This document shows positions 35,076 to 44,813 of a DNA stretch of 64,000 nucleotides, piece by piece (the stretch's first letter is position 1; the number at the start of each line of letters is the position of its first letter). The notes beneath the pieces were generated by a model. The model saw nothing but the letters and a program-made list of their open reading frames with translations. It was not told the DNA's origin and made no database searches. Source of the DNA: Candidatus Omnitrophota bacterium (lineage in GTDB: Bacteria > Omnitrophota > Gorgyraeia > Zapsychrales > JANLHA01). The position numbers and the translations under genes are program-made. The stretch spans positions 2,868-66,867 of the forward strand of contig JAHFFT010000001.1 of NCBI GenBank assembly GCA_023247795.1, read 5' to 3'.

Positions 35076-36452
35076 TCAATCTTTTGAAAAATGTTTGGTT
35101 AAAAATACAACTGTTTTTTCCATCTGCATCGCCCGCGAACCCTTGACCAGCAAGACATCCTCGGGCTGGCAGACCTTGGCCAATCTTCGATGCAACTGCA
35201 ATCGGTCCGAAAAATGCTCAACCAGAACAGCTGGGTTTCGACGGACCGCTCCCTCGCTAATCAAACGTGAATTTGTACCAAATGTCAAGATTTGACGGAT
35301 CCCTAAATCCGCGGCCAACGTTCCCATGGCCAGATGCGAAGGCCCGCTCCATTCTCCCAACTCCAGCATATCCGCCGCCACCAAAATCCGCTTTTTTCTC
35401 GTCGGCCAGGCTGCCAATGTCTTCAATGCACTGCGAAAAGAAACAGGATTGGCATTATACACATCATCAATGACCATGACACCACCAATGGATTTGATCG
35501 TCTGCCGGGAACAATCGAAATCAAAAGTCTTAAGTTGCCGGCGGATGGTCTGATACCCGACTCGAAATACCCGCCCGCAGGAAATGGCGGCTAAGGCATT
35601 GTACACGTTGGCCTCGACCGGAGTGTTCAACTCAAATTTTTGTCCGTCGATTCTAAATTGGATTTGCTGTCCCCGACCAAGCAAAACCTTCTCTGCTCTA
35701 AAATCCGCGTCGCCCTTGATCCCGTAAGTCAAGATCCGGTCTTTCCATACGCGGCTGAGCAGTTTCCTTAACCAAGGATCATCGCTGTTGATCAAAATCT
35801 TTCCTCCTTTATCCATCCCTTTCAGCACTTGAATTTTTTCCTGAAAAACTTTGGCCGGACTCTTGAGTTTTTCTAAATGTGCCTCGCCAATGTTGGTGAG
35901 AACGGTAAAAGTGGGATGAACGATCGACGTCAGCCAGGCGATATCCCCAGGCTGATTGGTCCCGAGTTCCAGAACAGCCATTTGATGCTGCTTGGTCAAT
36001 TGGAACAATGTCAAAGGAACGCCGATAAAATTGTTAAACGAGCCGGTATTTTTCAAAACCCGGTAACGGGCCGCCAAGACCTGCGCTACCAATTCTTTGG
36101 TTGTGGTTTTACCCGCCGATCCAGTAACGGCAATCACCGGTATGGAAAATTTCCGACGGTGCGCGGCTGCCAACCGTCCCAAAGCCTTGGTGGTGTCGTC
36201 CACGTTGATGACGCTTACGTCACGCGGGACCGATCGCACCGATTTGGCAACAACAACGGCTCCCGCTCCTTGACGTACCGCTGCTCGAACAAATTGATGT
36301 CCATCGAGCCGATGACCTTGGATGGCAAAAAAAATATCACCGGTCTTGACCGAACGCGAATCAATGCTGACCCGATGAAACTCTTGATTTTTTCGCGACT
36401 GCGTGATCATTCCCTTAACCGCCCTTGCAATTTCCTTAACGGTTCCAATCAT
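35076..36452 (-). CDS. murF: UDP-N-acetylmuramoyl-tripeptide--D-alanyl-D-alanine ligase
   Basis: VTGSAGKTTTKE P-loop. The ORF-track start at 36560 overlaps murE. The ATG at 36452 (MIGTVKEIA...) is more plausible, but the start is uncertain. Confidence 0.85.
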   Translation of the reverse strand: MIGTVKEIARAVKGMITQSRKNQEFHRVSIDSRSVKTGDIFFAIQGHRLDGHQFVRAAVRQGAGAVVVAKSVRSVPRDVSVINVDDTTKALGRLAAAHRRKFSIPVIAVTGSAGKTTTKELVAQVLAARYRVLKNTGSFNNFIGVPLTLFQLTKQHQMAVLELGTNQPGDIAWLTSIVHPTFTVLTNIGEAHLEKLKSPAKVFQEKIQVLKGMDKGGKILINSDDPWLRKLLSRVWKDRILTYGIKGDADFRAEKVLLGRGQQIQFRIDGQKFELNTPVEANVYNALAAISCGRVFRVGYQTIRRQLKTFDFDCSRQTIKSIGGVMVIDDVYNANPVSFRSALKTLAAWPTRKKRILVAADMLELGEWSGPSHLAMGTLAADLGIRQILTFGTNSRLISEGAVRRNPAVLVEHFSDRLQLHRRLAKVCQPEDVLLVKGSRAMQMEKTVVFLTKHFSKD

Positions 36453-36486
36453 CTTTACCCCACCCCCGAAAACAAACTTTTGCAAG

Positions 36487-37977
36487 TCATTTGACCGCCA
36501 GTCCACGAGACGTTTTCGAATTCCCCAACAGATAATCACGGATGACCTTGCGATCATCAAAAGGAATCGTCTGATTTTTTAAAATCTGATAATCTTCATG
36601 CCCCTTCCCCGCCACCAATACAATGTCGTCCTTCTGGGCCATCGCCAAGGCCTGTTTGATCGCTTCTCGACGATCATAAATGATTTCATAATTGTTCCGA
36701 CTGAACCCTTTGCTGATCATCTCGATGATCAACTGCGGATCTTCTCCCCGAGGGTTATCATTGGTGACAAACGAAAAATCTGCCCACTTTCCAGCGACCG
36801 CTCCCATTTTCGAACGCTTGCCCTTATCGCGATCTCCTCCACAGCCAAAAACCAAAATGATCCGCCTGCTTTTCATCTGCTGAAGACATTCAAGAACGCG
36901 GAACAGAGCGTCTTCGGTGTGGGCGTAATCAACAAAGATCTGATAATTCTGACCACAAACCACGCGCTCCAATCGCCCTGGAACTCCCGCCAAATTCTCC
37001 AGACCAGCCTGAATATCTTCTTTAGCGATGCCCTCTCCCAAAGCCACGGCCGTCGCAGCCAAAATGTTGTAGACATTATGAATCCCAATGAGCGGCGTGC
37101 GGACTCGAAATTCCTCATCGGCCGTTAGCACCACAAAAGTCGATGCGTTGACATCCATCTTAATCTCCTGGGCCATCACATCACTCTGCTGGTTGATCCC
37201 GTAAGTGACGGCCGGCACATCCGTCATTTTGACCAACTTTTTACCATAAACGTCGTCGCGGTTGATGACCACCCGTTCTTTATCCGTGGGTTTGGTAAAA
37301 AGTTTGGCCTTGGCCTGAAAATAACTTTCATGGTCCTTGTGATAATCCAAATGATCTTGAGTAAGATTGGTAAAAACGCAATTTCGAAAATGGATTCCGG
37401 CCACCCGATTTTGCTCTAAGGCATGCGAAGAGACTTCCATAACGCAATATTCGCTACCGGCTTCAAGCATCTGTGAAAGAAAGGAATAATTTTCAACCAA
37501 CCCAGGAGTTGTGTTTTTTGAAACTACCGTGCGCTGAGCGAAACGGTGATTCACCGTTCCAATGACTCCGGTCCGCTTATGGGCGGCCTGAAAAATGGCC
37601 TCCAAAAGATACGTGATCGTTGTTTTGCCGTTGGTTCCGGTCACCCCAATGACTTTCAATTGGCGGCTGGGATTTTTATAGAAAATATTAAGAAGTCGAG
37701 CAAGTTCCTGGCAAGGGTTTTCACGATCAATCCACAGAACACCGTTGGAAGTAGCTAGGCGTTCATCATCGCTGCTTTTGACGATCACTTTTGCCCCCTT
37801 CGCGACGGCCTGCGGAATGAATTTCTTTCCATGTTCTTTGACCCCCGGCAAGGCCACAAAAATGCTGCCATGCTCGACTTGCCGGGAATCTGATGTGATG
37901 GAACTCACGTCAAAATTTTGCCACTCGCCGGAAATCGTCACATCCGCAATATCTTTAAAAAGCTCAATCAATTTCAT
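36487..37977 (-). CDS. murE: UDP-N-acetylmuramoyl-L-alanyl-D-glutamate--2,6-diaminopimelate ligase
   Basis: GVTGTNGKTT P-loop. DYAHTEDAL. The DNPR motif (TNDNPRGEDP) is consistent with meso-DAP specificity. Confidence 0.9.
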   Translation of the reverse strand: MKLIELFKDIADVTISGEWQNFDVSSITSDSRQVEHGSIFVALPGVKEHGKKFIPQAVAKGAKVIVKSSDDERLATSNGVLWIDRENPCQELARLLNIFYKNPSRQLKVIGVTGTNGKTTITYLLEAIFQAAHKRTGVIGTVNHRFAQRTVVSKNTTPGLVENYSFLSQMLEAGSEYCVMEVSSHALEQNRVAGIHFRNCVFTNLTQDHLDYHKDHESYFQAKAKLFTKPTDKERVVINRDDVYGKKLVKMTDVPAVTYGINQQSDVMAQEIKMDVNASTFVVLTADEEFRVRTPLIGIHNVYNILAATAVALGEGIAKEDIQAGLENLAGVPGRLERVVCGQNYQIFVDYAHTEDALFRVLECLQQMKSRRIILVFGCGGDRDKGKRSKMGAVAGKWADFSFVTNDNPRGEDPQLIIEMISKGFSRNNYEIIYDRREAIKQALAMAQKDDIVLVAGKGHEDYQILKNQTIPFDDRKVIRDYLLGNSKTSRGLAVK

Positions 37978-37982
37978 AGACT

Positions 37983-39668
37983 CTACATCCCCGCGTCCAA
38001 CGCGTTAAGATACCGGAGCGAATCAGAAATCACCTCACGAAAAACCGGAGCGGAAACCGTTCCGCCAAAATGATTCGGATGAGGCTCATCAAAAACCACA
38101 ACCGCCGCCAATCGCGGATTCTCGACCGGCGCAAATCCGAAAAAAGTCGCGTAAAATTTGGAATTGGAATATCCGCCGCCCTCGGGCTTTTGCGCGGTTC
38201 CGGTTTTACCGGCGACGTTGACTCCTTTAATTTGGGCCAACTTACCCGTACCCTGCTCAACCACCTTTTGTAAAATGGCTTTAACTCGTCGGGCCGTATC
38301 AACGCTCATCACTTGATCAACCACTTTCGGATCCGTTGCCTTGATCAATTCCTCATGAACATCTTTGATGTATTTTACCACAAAGGGTCGCATGTACACC
38401 CCGTCATTTGCAATAGCAGAAATGGCACTGACCAATTGCAACGGCGTCACCGCGACTTCCTGGCCAATGGGAATCGCCCCGATCGAGGCTTTCGACCATT
38501 GCGAAGGTGGCTTTAAAATTCCCGGGACTTCCCCTTGGACATCAATGCCGGTTGTTTCGCCAAAATGAAACCGTTTAGCGTATTTGTAAACCGTTTCTAA
38601 TCCAATTTTTTGCGCCACTTTCACCGTGCCGATATTGCTGGATTGTTCGATGACTTCACTGAAGGTCAACCAGCCATGAGCATGATGGTCGTGCAGCATG
38701 TGATTGGCCACGCGGTACTGCCCATTTTCGCAAAAAAATTTGTCGGTTTCTTGGACCGCCTGCTCTTCCAAGGCCGCGGTCAACGTCACAATCTTAAAGA
38801 CCGACCCTGGCTCATAGATATAGGAAACCGCCCGATTCGTTCGGTCTTCCGCATGACTATCATTATAAGATTCCAAATTGTACGTCGGGAGATTGGCCAA
38901 GGCAAGGATCTCGCCGGTCCTCGGGTCCATCACAATGATGCTAGCGGACTTGGCCCGATGTGTCTTAAAGGCCTTTTCTAAAGCCCGCTCAGCGATATAT
39001 TGAATCGTTTCATCAATGGTCAAAACCAAACTGAAACCATCCTTAGGCGGGATAAATCCCTTATCAAGCATCAATTCCTGCTGCCGGGCGTCCCGCAGGA
39101 TCATCATCCAACCAAACTCTCCGCGAAGGTCCTTGTCATACGCGAGTTCCAATCCCTCCAACCCCAGATTATCAACTCCCGCGAACCCGATCAAGTGCGC
39201 GGCCAAATTCTGATTAGGATAATATCTTTTGCTTTCCTTAATGAAACCCACTCCCTTAAGATTCAATTTCTTGATCTGTTCCGCCAAATCCAATGGCAGT
39301 TTACGCACCAACCAGACAAAATATTTTTTCCGATCCAATTGATTTTCTAAATAACTTCTATTGAGACCTAGCATGTCACTGAGTTTTTTCGCGGCGATCT
39401 GCTTATCCTGACTGCTCATCTGTCGAGGATTCGCGTACAAGGATTGAACGCTGAGATTAATGGCCAGCGGGCGCATCTGCCGGTCAAAGACCGTTCCGCG
39501 CACCGGTTCCAGTTTTACATAATGATTTTGCTGTTGCTGGGCGAGTTCCGCCAGATGCGCGGATCGAAAGACCTGAATGAGGACCAGTTGGACAGAAAAA
39601 AGAAAGAGGCAAACGATGAGAAAAAGAAAAACCAAACTAAACCGCAGCGCACGTTTTCTTAAGTACAC
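37983..39668 (-). CDS. ftsI: Penicillin-binding protein 3 (FtsI, class B transpeptidase)
   Basis: N-terminal TM. SxxK (GSVFKIVT), SSN (SSNIG) and KTGT (AGKTGTAQ). Confidence 0.9.
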   Translation of the reverse strand: MYLRKRALRFSLVFLFLIVCLFLFSVQLVLIQVFRSAHLAELAQQQQNHYVKLEPVRGTVFDRQMRPLAINLSVQSLYANPRQMSSQDKQIAAKKLSDMLGLNRSYLENQLDRKKYFVWLVRKLPLDLAEQIKKLNLKGVGFIKESKRYYPNQNLAAHLIGFAGVDNLGLEGLELAYDKDLRGEFGWMMILRDARQQELMLDKGFIPPKDGFSLVLTIDETIQYIAERALEKAFKTHRAKSASIIVMDPRTGEILALANLPTYNLESYNDSHAEDRTNRAVSYIYEPGSVFKIVTLTAALEEQAVQETDKFFCENGQYRVANHMLHDHHAHGWLTFSEVIEQSSNIGTVKVAQKIGLETVYKYAKRFHFGETTGIDVQGEVPGILKPPSQWSKASIGAIPIGQEVAVTPLQLVSAISAIANDGVYMRPFVVKYIKDVHEELIKATDPKVVDQVMSVDTARRVKAILQKVVEQGTGKLAQIKGVNVAGKTGTAQKPEGGGYSNSKFYATFFGFAPVENPRLAAVVVFDEPHPNHFGGTVSAPVFREVISDSLRYLNALDAGM

Positions 39669-39703
39669 TTGATCCTAACCAACGTTGTTCACAACCCATT
39701 TGG

Positions 39704-40114
39704 TTATTGAAATTTCTTCCAGGGATTCAAACTTTTCTTTTGACTCTCGGCCCGCGCTTCCGACAGGGTTAGCAAAGACAGCAGTCGTTGCAAAAAACTA
39801 TTGTCTGAAGAATGAACATTCGTGACACCATTGTCGAGATCATCAGATCGTTTCGCCAACCGCACGGTCTGCTGTTGATCACGGAACCGCAAATCGGAAT
39901 CCTTGGCCAATAACGTATCACCTAAATGATGCGCTGATTTGAGCCGGAGGATTCGATAATTGATCATCGTATTGTACTCTTTCAGATTTAAAAAAATCCG
40001 TTCCTTCTGCTTCCCTTGATAGGCCAGCTCATAGATGTTCATCTGCATATAAATGTAGACCAAGGCAAGGAACGTAAAAAACAGCATGCATTTGAGTGAT
40101 CTGACTAACGGCAT
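39704..40114 (-). CDS. ftsL: Small bitopic division protein in the FtsL position
   Basis: ATG 40114 lies 10 nt after the rsmH stop. Single TM CMLFFTFLALVYIYMQM followed by a helical region. The call rests mainly on synteny. Confidence 0.5.
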   Translation of the reverse strand: MPLVRSLKCMLFFTFLALVYIYMQMNIYELAYQGKQKERIFLNLKEYNTMINYRILRLKSAHHLGDTLLAKDSDLRFRDQQQTVRLAKRSDDLDNGVTNVHSSDNSFLQRLLSLLTLSEARAESQKKSLNPWKKFQ

Positions 40115-40124
40115 ATCTTCATCC

Positions 40125-41057
40125 TTAAACTTTCTCCACGACCCGCAATCGAGCGCTGCGGGCACGGGCATTTTTTTGAACCTCAACTTCTTGAGGACGA
40201 ATCGGCTTTTTTGTAATCAAACTGACCGTTTCCGTTCGGGCTAAATGACGAAATTTATGTTTCACAATCCGATCTTCCAAAGAATGAAAAGCAATCACCA
40301 CCAAACGCGCTTTGGGTTTCAGGACCTGAACGCATTTTTCCAAAGCATCGGACAAGGATTCCAATTCATGATTCACGGCAATTCGAAAAGCCTGGAAAGT
40401 ACGCGTGGCAGGATGGATCTTCTGCTGCCAATACGAACGCGGAACGGCTTGCAAAATCGTTTCGCAAAGCTCCTGCGTTGTTTGCAATGGTTTCTTCGAA
40501 CGTGCGGTGACCAAATATTTGGCAATCCGATGAGAGAATCGCTCCTCACCATATTCGCGCAAAATTTGGGCCAACTCACGTTCCGATAAAGAATTGATCA
40601 AATCGTAAGCGCAGACCTGACCGTCCTGATCCATGCGCATATCCAACGGCCCTTCGTCCTTAAAACTGAACCCGCGCTGAGGATTATCCAGCTGAAAACT
40701 CGATATCCCTAGATCCATGAGGATCCCGTCGACCTTTTGAACTCCGCAATCCGCAAGGACTTGATCGATATGACGAAAATCCGCGTGCACGAAACGCATC
40801 CGATCAGCAAAATTCTTCAAGCGCTCTTTCGCAAATTTCAAGGAACTCTCATCGCGGTCAATGCCAATGATCCGCCCCTGCCCGCCCAGCCTCTGGACGA
40901 AAAGCTCACTATGCCCGCCCAGCCCTAGGGTCGCGTCAACCACGCAAGCGTCCGCGAAAAACGTCAAATAGCGCGAAACCTCTTCGGCCATAACCGGGAT
41001 ATGGTTGATTGGATCATTCATTAAATTTTGCGAATAATCTAGTGCTAAAGAATACAT
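40125..41057 (-). CDS. rsmH: 16S rRNA (cytosine1402-N4)-methyltransferase
   Basis: HIPVMAEEV and VDATLGLGGHS motifs. ATG 41057 is preceded by GGGGAGG (7-nt spacing). The alternative ATG 41021 lacks an SD. The ORF-track N-terminus (to 41162) reads through intergenic hairpins. Confidence 0.85.
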   Translation of the reverse strand: MYSLALDYSQNLMNDPINHIPVMAEEVSRYLTFFADACVVDATLGLGGHSELFVQRLGGQGRIIGIDRDESSLKFAKERLKNFADRMRFVHADFRHIDQVLADCGVQKVDGILMDLGISSFQLDNPQRGFSFKDEGPLDMRMDQDGQVCAYDLINSLSERELAQILREYGEERFSHRIAKYLVTARSKKPLQTTQELCETILQAVPRSYWQQKIHPATRTFQAFRIAVNHELESLSDALEKCVQVLKPKARLVVIAFHSLEDRIVKHKFRHLARTETVSLITKKPIRPQEVEVQKNARARSARLRVVEKV

Positions 41058-41064
41058 GTATGAA

Positions 41065-41176
41065 CCTCCCCGCAGCAAGCTGCGAGGTATCAGAGTTGTA
41101 TCCTGAATTCGAGAAACCCATAGTTTCTCGAGCTCTTCCTTCAGATGGTAACCCCGGAGCAAGCTCCGAGGAATTC
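41065..41176. repeat. Three hairpin palindromes in the mraZ-rsmH spacer
   Basis: 41065..41087 CCTCCCCGCAGCAAGCTGCGAGG. 41109..41131 TCGAGAAAC-CCATA-GTTTCTCGA. 41152..41176 CCCCGGAGCAAGCTCCGAGGAATTC. Confidence 0.8.
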
Positions 41177-41255
41177 TCTCGATTAAAGTGAATTGCTAAG
41201 TTTTTTAATACCCCTGCCGCTAAAAAAATCCTTCGACGGAAAATAAACTCCGCTA

Positions 41256-41705
41256 TCAGCTCTGCGGATTGCCTTGAACCAAATTCTCCGCAATCTGCTC
41301 AAAAGATTCCTGACAATTTGCGTAAAAATTTTCCCAGGTGGTCTTATCCCAAATCTCGATTCGATTTGATATCCCAATGATGATGGTGTCCCGTTTGATA
41401 TTGGCGTAATTTTTCAAAAATTGTGGAATGATAAATCGGCCCTGCTTATCCGGCAACACCTCAACGGCCCCGGAAAAAAATAACCGATTGAAACTGCGCG
41501 ATTCCTGTTTGGTAAAAGGCATTGTTTTAAATTTTTGTTCTTGCGTCCGCCACTCCCCCTCGGCGAAAACAAACAAGCAACGGTCCAAACCTCTGGTTAC
41601 AAAGAACTTTTCAATACCGCATTCTTGGCACACTTCGCGAAACCGTGCCGGAAGGATGATGCGACCTTTACGGTCAATCCCATGAATGTATTCGCCGTAA
41701 AACAT
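41256..41705 (-). CDS. mraZ: Transcriptional regulator MraZ
   Basis: MFYGEYIHGIDRKGRIILPARFRE, with a second DxxGR repeat (PDKQGRFIIPQFL). Confidence 0.9.
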   Translation of the reverse strand: MFYGEYIHGIDRKGRIILPARFREVCQECGIEKFFVTRGLDRCLFVFAEGEWRTQEQKFKTMPFTKQESRSFNRLFFSGAVEVLPDKQGRFIIPQFLKNYANIKRDTIIIGISNRIEIWDKTTWENFYANCQESFEQIAENLVQGNPQS

Positions 41706-41821
41706 AGGTTCTCAAGATTCGTTTTAATCCACTTCACTCCACTTTGCTCCACCATTTGCCAGTATAAACACCTCACCAGGGGATGTCAATCAGTATTTTT
41801 GTGTTTTTTTGTGATAAAAAA

Positions 41822-42751
41822 TCAGCGCTTTTGAAAAAACGCGCGGGCGAGTCTTACGTCATTTTGGATCTGCTTTTTGAGGGTTTCTACGGAAGGAAAA
41901 TATTTTTCGTCGCGGACTTTTTTCAAATATTGCAAGATCACCGTCTTACCATAAAGGTGACCGTGAAAATCCAGCAAATGAACTTCTAAAACGACTTCCT
42001 TTCCGCTTTTAAACGTTGGCCGATGACCAAGGTTGGCGATCCCCGGAAAAACTTTTCCGTCGAATCGAACGTAAACGAGATAAACCCCTAAAGGCGGCAA
42101 GACCTCGTTGGACAATTGGATATTGGCGGTGGGGAACCCGAGTTTTTCCCCTCGAGAATCGCCCTGAACAATGACACCCATCGTCGAGACCGGTCGCTTC
42201 AACAAACGCGCCGCCTTTTTCAAGTCGCCGGTAGAAATCAACTCGCGGATCACGCTGCTGCTCACTGTTTTTTTTCCCTGATTCCCCACTGAAATCGCAG
42301 CCACATGCAGGCCATATTTACGGCCAGCCTCTTCAAAATCGGCAAAAGATCCAGAACGATTCCTACCAAAGCGAAAATCCTCGCCGATGACAACCTCTTG
42401 CGCGGCGACTCGCTTCAAAAGATATTCCTGGATGAATTGCTCTGGAGTCTGAAGGGAAAATTTTTTGGTAAAAGGAACAACGATACCGATATCCACACCC
42501 TGCTCGGCGATCAATTTCAGTCGATAATCCAACGAGACAATCAACGGCAGATCAATTTCCGGGTGCAGCACATGAACCGGATGCGGATGGAACGTCATGA
42601 TCACAGACTTGACATTGAGTTTTTGGGCCCTTTGAACAACCCTTTGCATCAAACGCTGATGGCCGCGGTGGACGCCGTCAAAGACACCTATCCCGAGGAT
42701 GCACTTGGTTATTGTGGTCTTGATCTGACGGATGCCGTAAAGAATTTGCAT
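41822..42751 (-). CDS. ribF: Bifunctional riboflavin kinase / FMN adenylyltransferase
   Basis: GVFDGVHRGHQ. The C-terminal riboflavin kinase region contains GFPTANI. Confidence 0.9.
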   Translation of the reverse strand: MQILYGIRQIKTTITKCILGIGVFDGVHRGHQRLMQRVVQRAQKLNVKSVIMTFHPHPVHVLHPEIDLPLIVSLDYRLKLIAEQGVDIGIVVPFTKKFSLQTPEQFIQEYLLKRVAAQEVVIGEDFRFGRNRSGSFADFEEAGRKYGLHVAAISVGNQGKKTVSSSVIRELISTGDLKKAARLLKRPVSTMGVIVQGDSRGEKLGFPTANIQLSNEVLPPLGVYLVYVRFDGKVFPGIANLGHRPTFKSGKEVVLEVHLLDFHGHLYGKTVILQYLKKVRDEKYFPSVETLKKQIQNDVRLARAFFQKR

Positions 42752-42757
42752 TTTGAT

Positions 42758-43435
42758 TTACGCGGCCTTGAGCGATGAAGCCGGCAGCACGTGCCGCTCC
42801 TGGAGCTCTTCTAAAGAAACAGCACAAGCAATATCGTACGGACCGACTTTGCTGCGTTCAATTTGAGTGATGCACGCCGAGCTGCCCAATTTCTCACCGA
42901 TGTCTTCGGCCAATTGGCGGACATACATTCCCTTTGAGCATTGAACGCTAAACTTGACTTCCGGCGGTGAAAAATGCAACAACTGAAGTTTTTGAATCGA
43001 GACAGTGCGCGTTGGCCTTTCCACTGCGATGCCTCGGCGGGCCAGTTGGTATAAGCGTTTGCCTTTCACCTTGACGGCGGAAAACATTGGTGGTTGCTGT
43101 TCGATCTCTCCTTCAAAAGTCTTTAACACCTCGAGAAACATGTCTTTCGTGATGTGATCATAAGGTTTATTCTCGATTACTTTTCCTTGGATGTCAGCGG
43201 TATTGGTCTTGGTTCCCAAAATGAGTGTTGCTTCGTAGGCTTTATCGCACGCTTCAAAATCAGAAAACTGCTTTGTCGCTCGTCCCAAAAGGATCACTAA
43301 AACACCGGTCGCTAAAGGATCCAACGTCCCGGCATGACCAACCCGGCGCATCTTAAACTTAGCACGCACACGGTCGACGACATCGTGCGACGTGATCCCC
43401 TTTGGTTTGTTGACGATGACAATACCTTCTAACAT
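42758..43435 (-). CDS. truB: tRNA pseudouridine(55) synthase
   Basis: MLEGIVIVNKPKGITSHDVV and GHAGTLDPLATGVL (catalytic Asp). The ORF-track N-terminal extension to 43561 overlaps nrnA and is unlikely to be real. Confidence 0.9.
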   Translation of the reverse strand: MLEGIVIVNKPKGITSHDVVDRVRAKFKMRRVGHAGTLDPLATGVLVILLGRATKQFSDFEACDKAYEATLILGTKTNTADIQGKVIENKPYDHITKDMFLEVLKTFEGEIEQQPPMFSAVKVKGKRLYQLARRGIAVERPTRTVSIQKLQLLHFSPPEVKFSVQCSKGMYVRQLAEDIGEKLGSSACITQIERSKVGPYDIACAVSLEELQERHVLPASSLKAA

Positions 43436-43488
43436 CCTGCCCTCAGCTGTTCTAGTCGTTGAAAATGATCTCGCGCCAGATGTTGAAT

Positions 43489-44460
43489 TCATTTCAAATT
43501 CGCTCGGATTTTTGCTATGACTTTTCGTCGGGTATTGAGCAAATTGGTTGCGAGCACGCATCCACTGGCTTTGCGATGACCACCGCCATTGAAAAAGCTG
43601 GCGAGTTTGGCCACATTGACCTGCCCCTGGGAACGGAAGTTGACCCGTGTGATATTTTTCCGTTGTTCGGTAAAGATCGCGATCACCTCAACACCCTTGA
43701 TGGCCCGCAGGTACTGAAAAATTTTGTCCCGCAAATCAAATTCTTTCGAAAACTGCTTTACCCGCCGTCGCAGCAGGTCCAGACAAACCAATTTGCCGCC
43801 GTATAAAAAGTCAAATTCACTCACGACTTTTCCAAAATGGCGCAGGTCCTTGAGAGGGATCGTCTCATAAAGCCTTCGGTAAAGCTCGTCAACCGGAATG
43901 CCAAACCGCAAAAGTTCACCGACCACTTGATGCGTGCGCGCCGAGGTATTGTCATAGCGAAAGGATCCCGTGTCCGTCATAATCCCCAAATAGAGCAACA
44001 TAGCTACTTTTTTGGTTAAAGGGAACCGCGCGTGCTGAAAAAAATCAAACAAGACTTCTGCCGTCGAGGAAGCATTGGGTTTGACCAAATGGACATCCCC
44101 AAAAGAATCATTCGTGACATGATGGTCGATATTGATGATTGGTTGTCCAGTTCCGATCCCACCCTGCACCTTCCCCACTCGCTCGAGATCACCGCAATCG
44201 ACAATGATGACAACGTCCCAAGGTGACGGTTGACCTTTTTTAAGACTTTGATACGATTTGATTCGCGCCGTCCCGGGAAGGAAGCGAAGACGAGCCGGTA
44301 CTTCTGAATCATTAACCAGATGCACTTTCTTTCCCAAAAATTTCAGATATTCCGCCATCGCCAATTGCGAGGACAAGGCGTCCGGATCGGGATGGGTATG
44401 GGTCGTCACTAAGAATCGTTTATGTTTTTTGATCAGCCGCTCAATGGCTTGAAGACTCAT
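43489..44460 (-). CDS. nrnA: DHH/DHHA1 phosphoesterase (NrnA-type oligoribonuclease / pAp phosphatase)
   Basis: HTHPDPDALSS, DCGD, NIDHHVTN and GGGHRKASG motifs. Confidence 0.8.
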   Translation of the reverse strand: MSLQAIERLIKKHKRFLVTTHTHPDPDALSSQLAMAEYLKFLGKKVHLVNDSEVPARLRFLPGTARIKSYQSLKKGQPSPWDVVIIVDCGDLERVGKVQGGIGTGQPIINIDHHVTNDSFGDVHLVKPNASSTAEVLFDFFQHARFPLTKKVAMLLYLGIMTDTGSFRYDNTSARTHQVVGELLRFGIPVDELYRRLYETIPLKDLRHFGKVVSEFDFLYGGKLVCLDLLRRRVKQFSKEFDLRDKIFQYLRAIKGVEVIAIFTEQRKNITRVNFRSQGQVNVAKLASFFNGGGHRKASGCVLATNLLNTRRKVIAKIRANLK

Positions 44461-44813
44461 GGTTTACTCTCTTCGGTTTTATGAATTTCGTCGATGATCC
44501 GTTCAATCCGATCACTATCGGTGACCGAAGGATCAAAGATAAATTCGATGTCCGGGGTGTAACGCAGACGCACACGCTGACCTACCAGCTTACGAATAAA
44601 TCCTTTGGCCCGCGATAGGGCATCTTCCGCTGCTAAAATTTTTTTATCATCGCCCAGGACACTGAAGTGAACATACGCGTTGTGCAAATCCGGACTGACC
44701 GAAACCCTGGTGATGGTCACAAATTCCAGACGCGGATCACGAACATCCTCTAGCAACATTGTGCTGATTTCACGTTTCATCAATTCGTTGACTTTATCCA
44801 ACCGTGACATCAT
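44457..44813 (-). CDS. rbfA: 30S ribosome-binding factor RbfA
   Basis: 118 aa. RLDKVNELMKREIS...VTITRVSVSPDLHNAYVHFS is the typical RbfA pattern. Confidence 0.9.
   Translation of the reverse strand: MMSRLDKVNELMKREISTMLLEDVRDPRLEFVTITRVSVSPDLHNAYVHFSVLGDDKKILAAEDALSRAKGFIRKLVGQRVRLRYTPDIEFIFDPSVTDSDRIERIIDEIHKTEESKP

Noticed and set aside
35877-36494. 205-aa plus-strand ORF antisense to murF
   Set aside because: murF on the opposite strand has all the Mur ligase motifs. The antisense product is unrecognisable.
1772-41176. Hairpin palindromes as integron attC sites
   Set aside because: There is no IntI-type integrase or cassette organisation. The copies sit in ordinary intergenic regions of core operons, so a REP-like element is the simpler reading.
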